A DNA stretch of 64,000 nt from Chlorokybus atmophyticus (GCA_009103225.1 RHPI01003516.1:148062-212061); one strand, 5' to 3'. Positions 45,566 to 58,600 are shown, counted from the first letter of the stretch. Notes: generated by a model not told the origin, from the letters alone. Program-made: numbers and translations.

Positions 45566-47445
45566 ATGAGACCGAGACTGGAGCTGGATGCGTTGGTACA
45601 TCGGGAACATGAAGACTACTGCTTTGTCTGCAAGGATGGGGGCACCATATCCGGCTGCGATGTGAAAGGTTGCTGGAAAAGCTACCACGCGCACTGTGTC
45701 TCTATGCCACCTGTGGAGGATGAATGTTGGGAGTGCCCAAAGCATGAGTAAGTGGACTTCATTGCAGCAAAAGCTTGGCATCTTGTTGTGAGGAACTTCA
45801 CTCCTAGAACCATCATCACGTACTGAACCAAAACACAGGTGCCATGTGAAGAACTGCAATGCAGCAGCTTTTCAAGTCTGCGCGACGTGTCCAAACAACC
45901 TCTATCGACGGCACGCTGTGCACACGTGGGTAGCATGGTTGAGGTTACGTGCTCACGATGCGCTGCGTACGAAGAAGGTGGTGCTCCAGCGCAGCTCTTA
46001 AGGGAGAGCCTTGCTCGTCGTTCTTTGCCGGGCAGTTGCGGTAGGGTTTCACAACTTGTGCCGAGTGGGGTTCAACACGTTAAAGAGAGTGGGGATGAGG
46101 CTAACAATGGTAAGCTGCTGTGTGCTTGAGCTTGTTGATTTGCGTTGTGGTTCTTGCCCAATTAAACCATCTATGGCTGCAGAGGCAGTCACGATGGAAG
46201 TTGACGATGAAGACGAAGAGGGTTATAATCAGCAACCCACGACGGCTGCGGCAGTTGTGGACCTCGTGGGCAGCGATGATGATATCATGGTGCTGGACGA
46301 TCCAGTCAGCAACCCGCAGCCGTCAACACCGCAGCCACTGTTCATTTACACTAGTGCAAGTGCACGTGATGCGGTGCCAGTGCTTGAAACGGACAGGAGG
46401 TTGCTGGATGGCAGACAATAGCTCAATGACACCATCCTCCACTTCTTTTGCAGGTATGTGATTTGTTGCGTCTGTGTTATTCGTGTAATTATATGTACGT
46501 GGGATGCACATGCAGATGCAAGGAAGAGGAAATCTTAGGCAGAGCAGATGGCATTCAGGTGAAGCTGTTCCACCCGCATTTCTACACCAAGATCGTGCGC
46601 TGCCATAGACAAAATGACTGGCACACGAGCAATCACAGGATATACAGGTGGGAGAGTGATCCGTTTGCCAAGGACTTGCTGGGAGTGATTGTTAACCCAG
46701 ACACGCGGTGAGAATTAGCGCCAAGAATATTCTGCTGAATTGCTGCTGTATTTGCAAACTGAAATTATTGCTGCAAACTGAAATTATTTTTTTTGTGTAC
46801 ATAGGACTCACTGGAGTCTGCTGCTTGTGTGCAATCCTGGAGGCCAACTTGGAAGTGACACGCCGCCTTTACTCGTCCATCTCGACTCCCTTGGCCTGCA
46901 TCGCAACGTTGATGGACCTATGCGCGCTTACCTTGACTACATGTGGGGCAGAAAGCATGGAAGTGACTCACAACGACGCTTCTCTCCCGAAAACGTACAG
47001 CTTCTTGTACCACAGGTAGCACACGTTGCATTGCACTAGTGATGAGTTTGCATGCATTCTGTCACAAGCACTGATTGGATGCATGCACATGCATTTGGTT
47101 TGCAAGCATTGACACATGTTTGTGCAGGTCCCTCAGCAGAAAGATGGAGTTGCGTGCAGGTTGTTTGTCATGCTTTATCTTAACAAGTTTATAAATGGGG
47201 TACAAGCTGGTCCAATTGACCCAAACGCACGGATATTTCAACAGGTACAGTTCATGCATGTGCACTGCAATGTTTACAAGTGGAAGGTGCTTCAATGGCA
47301 CCGTCGTGTAGGCCGACACGTGCTTAATAACCGCATGTTATTGCTGTGTGGTTGTGTGCAGATGCAAAGGAGTTGGTTTCATCCTCAAGTGGCAGACATG
47401 TTGAGAAGACGATTGCGAACACTCATGGACAGTATGTTAGCATAG
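45566..47445 (+). pseudogene. PHD-C5HCH module followed by a Ulp1/SENP (C48) peptidase; one gene or two adjacent genes
   Basis: HEDYCFVCKDGG..CDVKGCWKSYHAHC...WECPKHECHVKNC....CATCP. Ulp1: *LNDTILHFF (TAG 46419), THWSLLLVCNPG, HLDSLG, VPQQKDGVAC. Confidence 0.82.
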
Positions 47446-47679
47446 CAAAGACACGAGTTGAGCTAGTAGTAGTAGGTGGTGTGTAGCATAGCAATGCTGT
47501 AGTCCATATCGGAGCTGTGCCCCACCATTAACTCAAACCAGCTGTGTAGAATTGCTGAGCAACTTTGGCTTTTACATATATTAAACTGTATATTAGAATT
47601 AGCAGTGCAATCTACTTGGTTTTTAATCACATTCGGGACTTGGCTAAAATGAGAGTATATGTTTATTCGTGTGGGGTTG

Positions 47680-48264
47680 AATATTCACTCACAGCTAGGA
47701 GTTAGTGCAAAACGTATTGCTTGGTTTTGAAATGGTGTTGAAAATTCACTCAAAGCTAGGACTTAGTGTGAATCGTATTGCGTAGTTTTATATTGGTGTT
47801 GAATGTTCACTCACATCTGTGGCATGAAACTGATGAAGGTTATGAATATACATGTGTGACAAGCTGATCAATTGATTATTCACGGGCGGTTGGGACTTGG
47901 TGAGTTTAAGCTGTCTGTTATAGCCACAAGCTTATGCCCCTTCATGAATGTTCAGGCAATGTATAGCTGAATATTTAGCAGAGCACATGCTGTGTCCATT
48001 CACAATTGCATGCCCTTAAACATTCAATCGATTTCAACTGAATACACGAGGTATATGGGTCTTAAAAGGTGGCATTGATTTATCGTGTGAATATTCACGC
48101 GCTTTATAAGTAAATGTCGCGATTTCATTTTGGCAGGGATCGCACAGAATGTACGAAAACACCTGAATATTCACTCGATAAAAAGCTGAAACGGTAAATC
48201 AAACGAATATTCAGTGCCTTTGCCATGAATTTTCATAAATTCGGGGGTCTCAAAATTACCAATG
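47680..48264. repeat. Right subterminal repeats and right TIR (48226-48264) of the CACTA
   Basis: Repeated TGAATATTCAC-like motifs; the TIR reverse complement reads CATTGGTAATTTTGAGACCCC... Confidence 0.85.
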
Positions 48265-48270
48265 TAATAT

Positions 48271-50200
48271 ATTACCGATGGTCAGCCACTCAGGTGGTTG
48301 ATGACCAACCAACATCTAACAGGGAAACTTGCTCACTGGGCCCTGTCGTTGCAGGAGTATGACTTCGAGATCGACCACCGCGCGAGCCTCACCAACCAGG
48401 ACGTTAATGGCCTTAGTCGCAACCCTCACCGCAGCACCAACAATGCAACCCGAGCTCGGCCCCACAGCAGCAGCTCCCACCGTGGCGGCCATGTTGGCTG
48501 TTGCCGCGTTACGGTCAGGGCGCCAGATCAACACCACCTCAGCGACAGAGGAGATTCCTGCCCTTGAGTCTACCGATACCACAGTGATCACACCCTTAGG
48601 GGACGTTCATGCGATTGACATCGAAGTCGATGACACCGAGCTGGCACCCACCGACACACCAGGCAGGACATATGGCTGGACAATCCATCACTCTCCTTCC
48701 TTCAAAGTGGCCAGCTTCCCTCCAACATGAGTGCACGAGAGAAAGATCGTGTCAGCCAACGCACCCGCCACTATCGGTGGGCGGATGACAAGGTGTACCG
48801 CCGCGTCTAAGACGAGGACAAGGAGGTGCCAACACCAGCCACACGCATGGGCATCATTGATGCCCTCCACGCTGAGCTCGGACACTTCGGTGTTAAGCGT
48901 ACCATCAGCCTGGTAAGGGCGCAATATTGGTGGTATGGGCTGTCCAAACAGGTGCACGGATTTGTCAGTCGCTGCCAGCAGTGTGACATGGTACGCGCCA
49001 GCCTCAACGCACGCAGCGCCACCTTGCACCCTCTCCCCATCTTTGGGCTGTTTTATCGATGGGGACTAGACAATTTGGGAGACTTGGCACCCTCGGCACG
49101 GGGCAACCGCTACATCCTGGTCATGATCGAGCACTTCTCTAAATGGGTAGAGCTGGTGCCATTACCCGACAAGAGCAGTAGGGGGGTGTTACAAGCCTTC
49201 CTCTCCCATGTCCTCAACCGGTTTGGCAGCTGCGCTGAGGTCATCACCGACCAGGGCACTGTGTTCAGAGGGGAGTTCGACACCCTGCTGGACAGATGTT
49301 ACATTCAATGTAATGATGATCAAGTTGATCATCGCCGTACTTTGCGTGACCACCCTCAGGCCGACGGTCTTGTTGAGCGGACAGTACAGACTATTAAGAA
49401 AGCACTCCGCAAGATCGTGTTGGAGTAATAGAAGAACACCTGGGACGACCACCTTCCGTGGGTGGCTCTTGGTTACCGATTGTCAAAGCAGGCGGCTCTG
49501 CGCGAGTACAACCCATACTACCTGCTGTTCGGGCGTCCGTCATTGCTTCCCTTTCGCGCACAGCAAGGTGTAGACCGTGTGGTAAACAACCTCGACGATC
49601 CCGACTGGATGCACCACGACAGTATCACACGCGCCACGCTGTTCAAACGCACCGTCCCGATGGCCTTCACCAACCTGCGCATCGCACAGCACCGCAACAC
49701 CCTGCGCTACGAGCGCATGCGGAGCGGCTTCTACAAGGAGCGCCAACGGCAATTTCAAGCAAGGGACTTTGCCTACCGCATGGCAGCCACCAAGGACACG
49801 TTTAACACCTCCGTGGGCCGCACCGTCTACAAGGTACTCAAGGTGTATTCCACATGAGTGCTGGACCTCTTTGGTTAGAGTGGCGAGAGGTTGAAAGACA
49901 ACATGGTAAATCGCGCGCCATGTCACCTCCCTTACATAGCGGGCTTCGCGCGCATCCAGCACCCTTGCCCCGCCCGCAGCACACGCTGTGAACACTGCGG
50001 CAGTGCCGGCAACGACGCACTTATGATGCTCTGCGATGGCTGCAACAAGGGCCTGCATTGCTACTGTTTGGAGCCCCCATTGGACGCAATACCCATGGAG
50101 GAGTACTGATGCAACGATTGCCGCACCAACGGTCCTCCTCACCTGCGTTAACAGCTAAGCTCTGGAGCTGGAACCTCCCCAGAAGCTCAGGGGGGGTGGC
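48271..50200 (+). mobile_element. pol: Right half of the outer Gypsy: RNase H end, integrase, C-terminal PHD finger, PPT
   Basis: QPLRWLMTNQHLTGKLAHW, HAELGHFG, RWGLD, ITDQG, CEHCGSAGNDALMMLCDGCNKGLHCYCLEPPL...*CNDC (49987-50121), G-tract at ~50190; multiple stops and frameshifts. Confidence 0.9.
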
Positions 50201-50527
50201 TTGTTGACTGTGTGTCCTTCAGCACAGCATGTACACTAAGGAGGACACCGCCTCCACCTGTCCGTGTGAGTCAGCGACAGCGGAGCAGCTCCACCAATCA
50301 CTCCTCGCCATACAAGCTGGGTTATCTTTTACTTTTGCTACATGTTATAACATGTTGCAGCAGCAGGGCTAGCAAGCATGACTTTCCCTGCAGCGGCCCG
50401 AGACAGTGTGACCCTCGACTTTCCTCGACCCGACTCAACGTAGACTCAACGCAACAATGCGTAGTTCATGCTTAGCATCGCATAGCTGCTCATTACAAAC
50501 ACTGCTTGCAAAGCCCCCCCCCTCCCC

Positions 50528-50851
50528 NNNNNNNNNNNNNNNNNNNNNNNNNNNNNNNNNNNNNNNNNNNNNNNNNNNNNNNNNNNNNNNNNNNNNNNNN
50601 NNNNNNNNNNNNNNNNNNNNNNNNNNNNNNNNNNNNNNNNNNNNNNNNNNNNNNNNNNNNNNNNNNNNNNNNNNNNNNNNNNNNNNNNNNNNNNNNNNNN
50701 NNNNNNNNNNNNNNNNNNNNNNNNNNNNNNNNNNNNNNNNNNNNNNNNNNNNNNNNNNNNNNNNNNNNNNNNNNNNNNNNNNNNNNNNNNNNNNNNNNNN
50801 NNNNNNNNNNNNNNNNNNNNNNNNNNNNNNNNNNNNNNNNNNNNNNNNNNN
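50528..50851. other. Assembly gap (324 N) flanked by poly-C
   Basis: Direct reading. Confidence 1.
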
Positions 50852-50891
<40 letters not shown>

Positions 50892-52779
50892 GGGGGAGTG
50901 CGATAGTCAACTTATTGATACTTTTCTCTTGGTTCAGCTACTGAAGCTGCTGGTAGTGTTGGTCGAAAATGCTAAGTTAATTGTTGTCGTTGAGCAGACT
51001 GTGGAAAGACATGCCGCCGAATGCCGTTGCGCGACAGTGGCAGCTGCTGCCAAGTGTCTGCTGAATAAAATGCACAACCAAGGCAGGTGGCTCGTACCAG
51101 TCATCTCAAGGTTGGTTCGCTCATAGATATACCCCTTGCTGTCACTGCTATTGGCAAACGGGTTTTAAGCTACGGCGTTCAGTGCCCCGCAATTGTTGTG
51201 TTTGGTGCGCAGGCTATCCCCCGATTGCATTTCTCGTAGAGGCTACGGTAATTCAGATGCTACAAGATAGATCCCGATTTGGGTATATCTCACTCGGAGT
51301 TCTCGAGCTTCTTGGCTTGTTTGCAGAATGATCGATGTTTTTTCCTCGTCAATGCCACGTGACGCATGTGTCAAAGGTGTTAATGTTGGCAATAATTGAA
51401 TGCAGGCCATTCTGTGATATGATTGCTAATTGTTCCTACAAAAGTGCAATGTCCTCTTAATACATGCAACAAGCTCATCTCGTGGTTGCATTAACGTGCA
51501 GGTGTCTCAGCTTGCAGAGGATACATGCTTGTGGATTTAAACTAGTCATTGATCATATAAAGCCTCAATCCATGGCATGGGCTCAGTTCACTGCGCAGGG
51601 GTTTGTGGAAGGCACCAAGGTTTGCGCACACGTCTCTTTCTTGAAGCTGAGAACGTTTACGATGTCATGTCGGCTCTGTGGTCATTTATTCAATGCAGGT
51701 TCTCGTGGTACCACCAGTGGGAGATCCAAATCATGTGCGGATTGCGGAATGGGACAGCACGAGCACATATGATGATGGGCACGGAGTATTAGTGGAATGG
51801 CTGCAGATAATCACAAGAATTGTCAAGAAGCACAATGCAGGCAGCTGACTTGTACCGGTTCTTCAAGGTTCATTTCCTTACACATCAATGTTCCCAACAG
51901 ATGTGCTTGTAGTACGTCTACGCAAGCGCAAAGGCAATTGTGCAGACGCCGTTGAGTGCTGGGTGGCACTGCTGCCATTACAGTGCATGTAACCCTTTGA
52001 GCTGCTCGAATATGCAGGGCGGTAAACAGGAAGCCTTTCCGAATTGTTACACTTGTGGAAGTATCATTGGGTCGACCTCGTTTCTGAATCTGCTCCAGCT
52101 TTTTAAGGGTTATTGGATTGCTTACATGACGTGGTGCCCAAGTCCGCGCTGGCGTACACAGAGAGACACACAGTCACGCACATGCAGGTATAGGCTCGGA
52201 TTTTGAGTCTAAGCACATTCAGCAAACACATTCAGACGTGCACACATATGCAACGTTTACATAGAACCTTGTTCGGTGGAGTATACCTGGTCAAGAAACG
52301 AGAGCAAAGCTGCAACTCATGACTTTGCTTCGATGGCATCCCTTTCCTCCGATGCGTGTTGTGTTGACGATGGCGCAGCCTTCTTGTTATGTTCTCATAC
52401 TGCAGGTCTGGGACGCGTAGTAATCTGGCCGGTTGTGTGCCTCAAGGTATGTCGATTGCCAACGGGCCACTGCGTCCAATGGGGTAGAATGCCGTCCAAT
52501 ACTCTGGCACATGCTGGAACAAAGCGTGCGATCACCGTGAATAATAGATTGAGTGAGAGTAAATAATGCATAATGCACTCGATGCAGCCACAACTACATA
52601 CAGAAGTGTACACGGCTGGTGATGCTGACAGCATGCAAGAGGACGGCAGCTTTGGCAAGTGTTAGTACAATGATATCACTAATAATTACAATGGCATCAA
52701 CATGGTGCTGCTCATGGTTGCTTATGGTCGACAACAGAGCAGATACATGTGCAAGAGGCCTTCAACATGCATAGCAACT

Positions 52780-53403
52780 CATGAGTTTGCTTCGATGGCT
52801 TCCATTTCTTCCACTGCATGTTGTGTGGACGACGGCGGAGAAGTCTTGTTATGTTTCTCATACTGCAGCTCCAAGAACGTGCAGTACTCCGGCCGATTAT
52901 CAGCTCTTGCGGAGCAGGTCATGACGATTGCCAACGGGCCACTGCTTCCACAGCTCGAGCCGATAGTAGTTGTCAATGGGCTCAACCATTAGTCGGAAAG
53001 TATTGCCTCTTGCACACCAAACATTCGACCTGCTGAAAAAGTCAGGAGGCAACATGCCATCCATGTACCATTGGTAAGCTGAATGCCAGAAGTCCCGCAG
53101 ATTCCTGTCATGTCAGGTTGGTAAGGAAATCATATCAGTACTTTGCAATTGTAAGCCATCATGAGAAGGCTAAAAAGCGATGCATCACATGTTGTCTAAC
53201 CTGCGTGCGCTCTCGACTCTTTTCAAGAGCCCTTCTTGCGAGCTAACATCTCTAGCGCGGTATGCTCTGAATTCGGCGTAATAGTCCGGCGAGTTCTGCA
53301 TAAAGAAGTGTATTGTGTCCATGGTGTCTTGTACCGCATTGCGCCACTTGTCAGTAAACTCTGTCTCATTCTTCCGCTGCTCGGCGACACTAAGCACGCC
53401 CAC
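52780..53403 (-). pseudogene. Intron-containing paralogue of the 54933-55661 gene
   Basis: VESAR/RNLRDFW...GMLPPDFFSRSNVWCARGNTFRLMVEP aligns with VEDARRLLAGFW...GSFPTGFLSSRRSTWLQRGNNDRVAVEP; GT-AG intron at 53200-53105. Confidence 0.65.
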
Positions 53404-54932
53404 TCGTGGTGACTCAGAAGCGCTGCAAAGGCAACTGAACTCAGAACACGCGCGTCATGTCGTAAGCTAACACTGCATACACATGCAAGCCAGGCCGCAA
53501 TGCGAACCTATGTGGTGATGGCATGGGCTGCACGTAGGCCAGGACAATACCCAAGTGATTCACGAGGGTGTTATATCCAACCCAGGGTTCCTGGTGCACG
53601 AAAATGGAAACAATAAACCAATCTGATTGCTGGTACGCAGTTTCTAGGCAATGCAAGGTGACTGTGCGCATGCTGCAAGCGCATGTCTCCCAAACAGAAG
53701 TGTACAGCTTGGAGCAAATGCAACAAACCCTCTTATTTGTGAACTTGCCTCCTGATCGCCAAGGGTGAAGTAGCTGAACTTCCTGATCCCGTTGGGTGCA
53801 TGCTTTCTCGCTCCAGGGGGGGGTGAAGATGACCGGAACCAACCAGCCGGAGCGATTCTGCTGCTCGTAAACCTTGTTCGCTATGTTGGTGTACTCGTCG
53901 TGCGTTCCCGCTCCCATCTTGTCATCCTCGGTCGGCTCTTTTTGTGGAACCCGTTTATAATGCTCATCACAGGCAACAATCGCTTGCAATTGCTCAGCAA
54001 GGCTCCGCACGCGCTCTACGTGATGCTTGTCAAACTGGCAATAGCTGATGAACACTGTTTACCTTGCCTCCGACGTTGCGGACAGTGCCATTGTTGCCCT
54101 GCGTTCCTCCCTGCTATTTGCCACAGCACATGCGCAATATGTCAGACAAGGTACAGCACTTGTTGTCATAGCCGTTCCATGCATGCGTAAACAGCCGTCG
54201 CACTTATGCAGCATTGGTGAGAGTGAGGCCCCCATGACGTTGACAACAGCTAGCCACTAATGCGCATACTCAATACCACAGCATGCTTTAAGTTAGGCTG
54301 CTGCGCTCAAGGAGCCAAGATATTGAATGGCTGCAAGAAGCACACAGTGTTCATGCAAGTGTCTGCGAGGATGTGTGTGTGCGCACGCATCTGCATACGC
54401 AAAGACGCATGCATATGCATGCACACACACGCGGGCAACAAGGGGCAGTATGCGCGGGAGCAATGAAAGGAGAAGGCACTGGGACGCTAGAATGGCGAGG
54501 CATTGCAAAGCACCTGCACAACAAGGCCGAACCCTAAGCGCCTTGCTTGCAGCAGGCGCCGTCTACGTCAGACGGTCGGGTGTCCAAGTTGAAAGGGTGC
54601 AGCGTTTTCCCACACATGCTACTACTTGTTATTGCGTGTGGGTGTTGTTCTGCTGTTGTCCTTTTGCCAACAGCCACTTCTGTATGCAGTCGACAGCACG
54701 CCTACACACTACCATTGTCAACGCTGTGCTGTGTTTGCATTGCGCATGTAGCATGGCACAGCACTGTACAGATAACCTTACTCGCTCCCATGGATGCTGC
54801 AAGTTACGTATACAACACTGCAGCTCCCCTGCAGCACGCCCACTGCACCATCCAACCAATTTTGTTTTTTGGTCACAGGCAAGCGCCGCAGGGAGAGCCG
54901 CAGTGATGTATACGTAACTTGCAGCATCCAGC

Positions 54933-55661
54933 ATGGCGGACTCCATCAGCATTCTCGGCGCTGTGTTAGGTGCGCTCGGATTTGCTCTTTCGCTGGTCAC
55001 TATATGGATTAGCCGTCGCAACCGCAAGCTGGAGTTGATGTTTCAGTTGAACACGCAGTATACGAGAGCAATGATGCAGGCCATGTCGACCATTTCTCGC
55101 TACAGAGACAATCAGCAAAACTGGTATAATCGCTTCAAAACTGGCAGGAACAGGACAGCCCCTGCAGATGACGAAGTCCAGCAAGTTGAAGACGCCCGAC
55201 GCTTGCTGGCAGGGTTTTGGGACTGGGTGGCAGATGTTCATGACAGCGGATCATTTCCTACTGGGTTCCTATCTTCACGGAGAAGCACATGGCTACAGCG
55301 TGGCAACAACGACCGCGTAGCTGTTGAACCCTTCAACATTGCTAATTGGTACGGGCGCTATTACACGAGAGAGAAACCCAAGCATTACCTCCGCAATGAC
55401 CCAGCGGACAGTTGTACCCGGCCAAGACGGTATTACCTCCTGCAAGAGCTGTACAGCCAAGTGTACAATCGAGAAGGTGACATGGTGGAGAGCTCGCTTG
55501 ATAAAGCTTGGAGTGAGCTTTATGGTACCCAGCCTGCAGCAGCGGACCTTGCTAGAGCACATTGCCTCAGCAGCGTCTATAGTCAGCCATTGAAGCTTCG
55601 CATATTGGATTACCTAACCCAACTAAGAATAGCTGTCCGGCAAAAGGTTGGTAGCCTGTGA
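54933..55661 (+). CDS. Intronless 242-aa protein with an N-terminal transmembrane/signal-anchor helix; unknown family
   Basis: Intact ORF; ISILGAVLGALGFALSLVTIWI followed by SRRNRK; homologues nearby support coding status. Confidence 0.7.
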   Translation: MADSISILGAVLGALGFALSLVTIWISRRNRKLELMFQLNTQYTRAMMQAMSTISRYRDNQQNWYNRFKTGRNRTAPADDEVQQVEDARRLLAGFWDWVADVHDSGSFPTGFLSSRRSTWLQRGNNDRVAVEPFNIANWYGRYYTREKPKHYLRNDPADSCTRPRRYYLLQELYSQVYNREGDMVESSLDKAWSELYGTQPAAADLARAHCLSSVYSQPLKLRILDYLTQLRIAVRQKVGSL

Positions 55662-58600
55662 CAAGGGGGGGCTGCGGTTGCATGCGCACGATCACACATG
55701 CACATGGGGTGCCAAAAGACTTGCCATAATGTATAGTATGCAAGTGTGGAGTAAGATCTTGTCAGACAATGAGACACACGGTATCAATACTAGTTTTGCA
55801 TACTTCATTGATTGCGGAGGGGATGGGACATCTGCATCTTGGGTTACCCTTTCAAGGGTGTAAACCAATCAAAGTACAAGATGTAAGGTGTCGTTGGTAC
55901 ACTGACAGGCCCAACGTCTCCAGCCAGCGCCATACATGTTCAGTTAGATCGCTCTCATGCAGGTAGACTTTGGGACAAGAGGCCTCTTTACTAGACGCAG
56001 CATTGCAGGCGCCAATGTGCGGAGTGCACTGACCGCGCTGTTTTTGCAGCAGCAGCTGATCCCTCTGGTGTAAACGGCCAATGCGGCCCCTACTGCAGCT
56101 CCTGCCAGCATCAACGCGCCAGTGCCGGACGCCACGAGCAAGCCGCGCAGCTAGTGAGCGCCAACCGCTTCGACAACGTGTGCAGACTGTTTCCCAAACT
56201 AGCCACAGGAGGCTTCTATGAACTGCAGAACGGACTTGCGCCTCCTGATCTTCATCACCCCCACGCTTGCATGGTACTGTGCATGCTTACCGTATTCGTG
56301 TGGGATCGCGTTCTGCCTAATCTCGCGGGTAAGAGGGGCCTTGTTGCCTAGTAGGCGATAGCTGTCAAGGCAGACACCATCGGGCATTAATGCGCGGCTA
56401 GGTAGTTGTACTTGGGGTGTCCCAATAAGACGAAAACTTCAAGGCGACTTCGTTGCAGCGCTCATTATACTGCCACGCCGTGGATGCAGGCAGCAAAAGG
56501 CTTGCCCAGGCCCCCCTTCTTACATGTGTGCGCGCGCACGCATGCGTCGATATGTGCGTGTGTATATTCGTGCACACGTTCACGAAGCATATTTGTATGT
56601 AAGCCTACGTGTGCAAACGTGCCACACAAGCATGTGTTGAATGTGCTGGTTGAAACAACGCCACACACAAAACACATGCGCGCACACACGCATAGACGTC
56701 AATGCAGCGTGGTTCATGTATGAGCAACTCCTAATGTAAATGGGCAATACAGCGACTGCAACAGCCATACATTGTAATGTTGTGTACTGCAGTCTATACA
56801 CACTACGAGCATACCATCTTTTGTACATATGTAGATGGGTGCGTGCCGCGCTATGCTGCTCTACATTACACGGCTACGCGCACACACCGCACGCATAGCA
56901 CACACACCACGCCCAGCGTTACACACGTCACGCCGCTGCGTTACCCACGCCCACCATGCTGCTGCACCGCCCAGCGTCAAGCCAGTCAGTCGACCCTGCA
57001 ACCCACCTGCAATAGTATTGATAACACGTTGCAATCACAAGCTAGTGTTTAAGAATGTTGGGATGGTAACTGCTTCTGTTGAGCTATTGACGCATTCACA
57101 TGAGGCATGTGTGCACATCTGTATCAGAACAGTTGTCTGCAAGCCAACTGTTGGTGGTTGCGAGACGGGTCGAGACAAGTACTATTCGCACGGGAAGCAT
57201 ATGCAAATTTGCAGGTCATACGATGGCAACAACAACAAAATCTAATACATGTACATGACCTGGTATGCTGGCTGTAGTAAAGTCAAGACACGGCGTTACA
57301 AGCATGGCGACAACAACGCCAAACAAACTACTGATACTCAGCCAGCCGTCCATGCACCTCAACATTCTTGTCACCAACACTGCCACAATGTACCTGGCCT
57401 GCCACAACCCCGCGGTCGTCGCTCAACGCCCACGCGCACGCCCACTCGCTCGCGTCAGTCTCATGCATGCACAACAACGCGAGGCGTGCAGCCACTACCC
57501 CCCTCTGAACATTCACACGTAAAGTGCAAGTCAGTACAATCGGTCTTGTTTCCCAAGCATACAAGTTAAGTTGTGTACATAACGCACACACGAGTACGCA
57601 CACGCACAGTGTGTACTGATGCGGTGGGTATAGGAAACTCCTAAACAGTACAAGCGGCACAATGTCTGGAGGTAGTGCGTACAAGTGCATTGCATGTATC
57701 CAGATGATTCAAGAGACAATTGACAACCACCTTAGGACAAGCGATGGGCGCCTAGAGCAAGCATGGGTTGCATTGCAGAATTGCATCTGTAAGATCTTGA
57801 GGTGATGAAACTCGGATTTGATTGTCTGCTTGACACTTGGGCTGCCATGCCACGCGCATGCAGCCAAGTGCATGAGTGTGCGTGCAATTGCTGTGGTGTA
57901 CAATGAGTGTGTGCATAGACGTACCAGAAGAGCCAGCAGTGAATCAGGGTGCAGCGGCGTGCATGCACGAGAAAGCAACAAAGAATGGGGAGAAGGCAAA
58001 GGTGAAAAGGGGGCGAGAAGAGAAAGGTTAGAAGGGGGGAAGAATGAACGAGAGAGAGATGGCAAGACGGCAGGTGGACTTCTGCTAATTACCAAGGAAA
58101 CAGCAGTAGTTGCTAGTCACCCGCCTCAACCCACTGCTTCCGCCCTCATGCGCCGTCCCCGCCAGATCTTGTCGCGCTGCCACTGTGACAATGATCATCG
58201 GCTTGTCCTTGAGGGCGGGGGCGGCGGCAGCGTTGTGGTCGTCGCCGTGGGATGAAGTAGGCGTCATTTTTGCCACCTGGCCAGTGGGCATACCACCACC
58301 GCTGCAGCATAGGTTGGCACTCACTCCGCCGCTTTTGATGCTCTCATGGCCACACTTGCATGCACCCAGCGGTCTGATCAGGTTTGTGTGATTAAGAAGA
58401 CATGTTCATGGGGCGGGTGATTGCACAAATGGGCGTGTGGGGTGAGTGTATTGAGAATATGTCATCGCGTGCAAGTCTGCGAGTATCAACGAATAGAAGT
58501 GTTTGCGAGTGTCAGTGCGAGAGAGAGTACATGTCTGTGACTGAAGAGCATATGCATGTGGAATTGTATGTGGGGGACTGCATGTGTAGATGAGTGGTGC

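Larger units (their letters stand above)
6154..48264. mobile_element. CACTA/EnSpm (CMC) DNA transposon, ~21.5 kb excluding the nested retroelements
   Basis: Imperfect 39-bp TIRs (31/40 aligned), TGAATA/TATTCA subterminal arrays at both ends, TnpD-type transposase, TnpA-like gene. It interrupts the host Gypsy precisely between QFQLI and TD-QPL, with ATT duplicated (6151-6153, 48271-48273). Confidence 0.9.

Noticed and set aside
50202-50456. Candidate 3' LTR of the outer Gypsy (TGTTG...CAACA after a G-tract)
   Set aside because: No second LTR or TSD is available to confirm the boundaries
50510-50896. Poly-C/poly-G as a functional G-quadruplex element and the poly-Pro/Gly ORFs
   Set aside because: Borders an N gap; homopolymer length is unreliable
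50900-52300. Searched for the missing JmjC C-terminal exon (GEAVFIPAGCPHQVRN-like)
   Set aside because: No such motif was found by eye in this stretch
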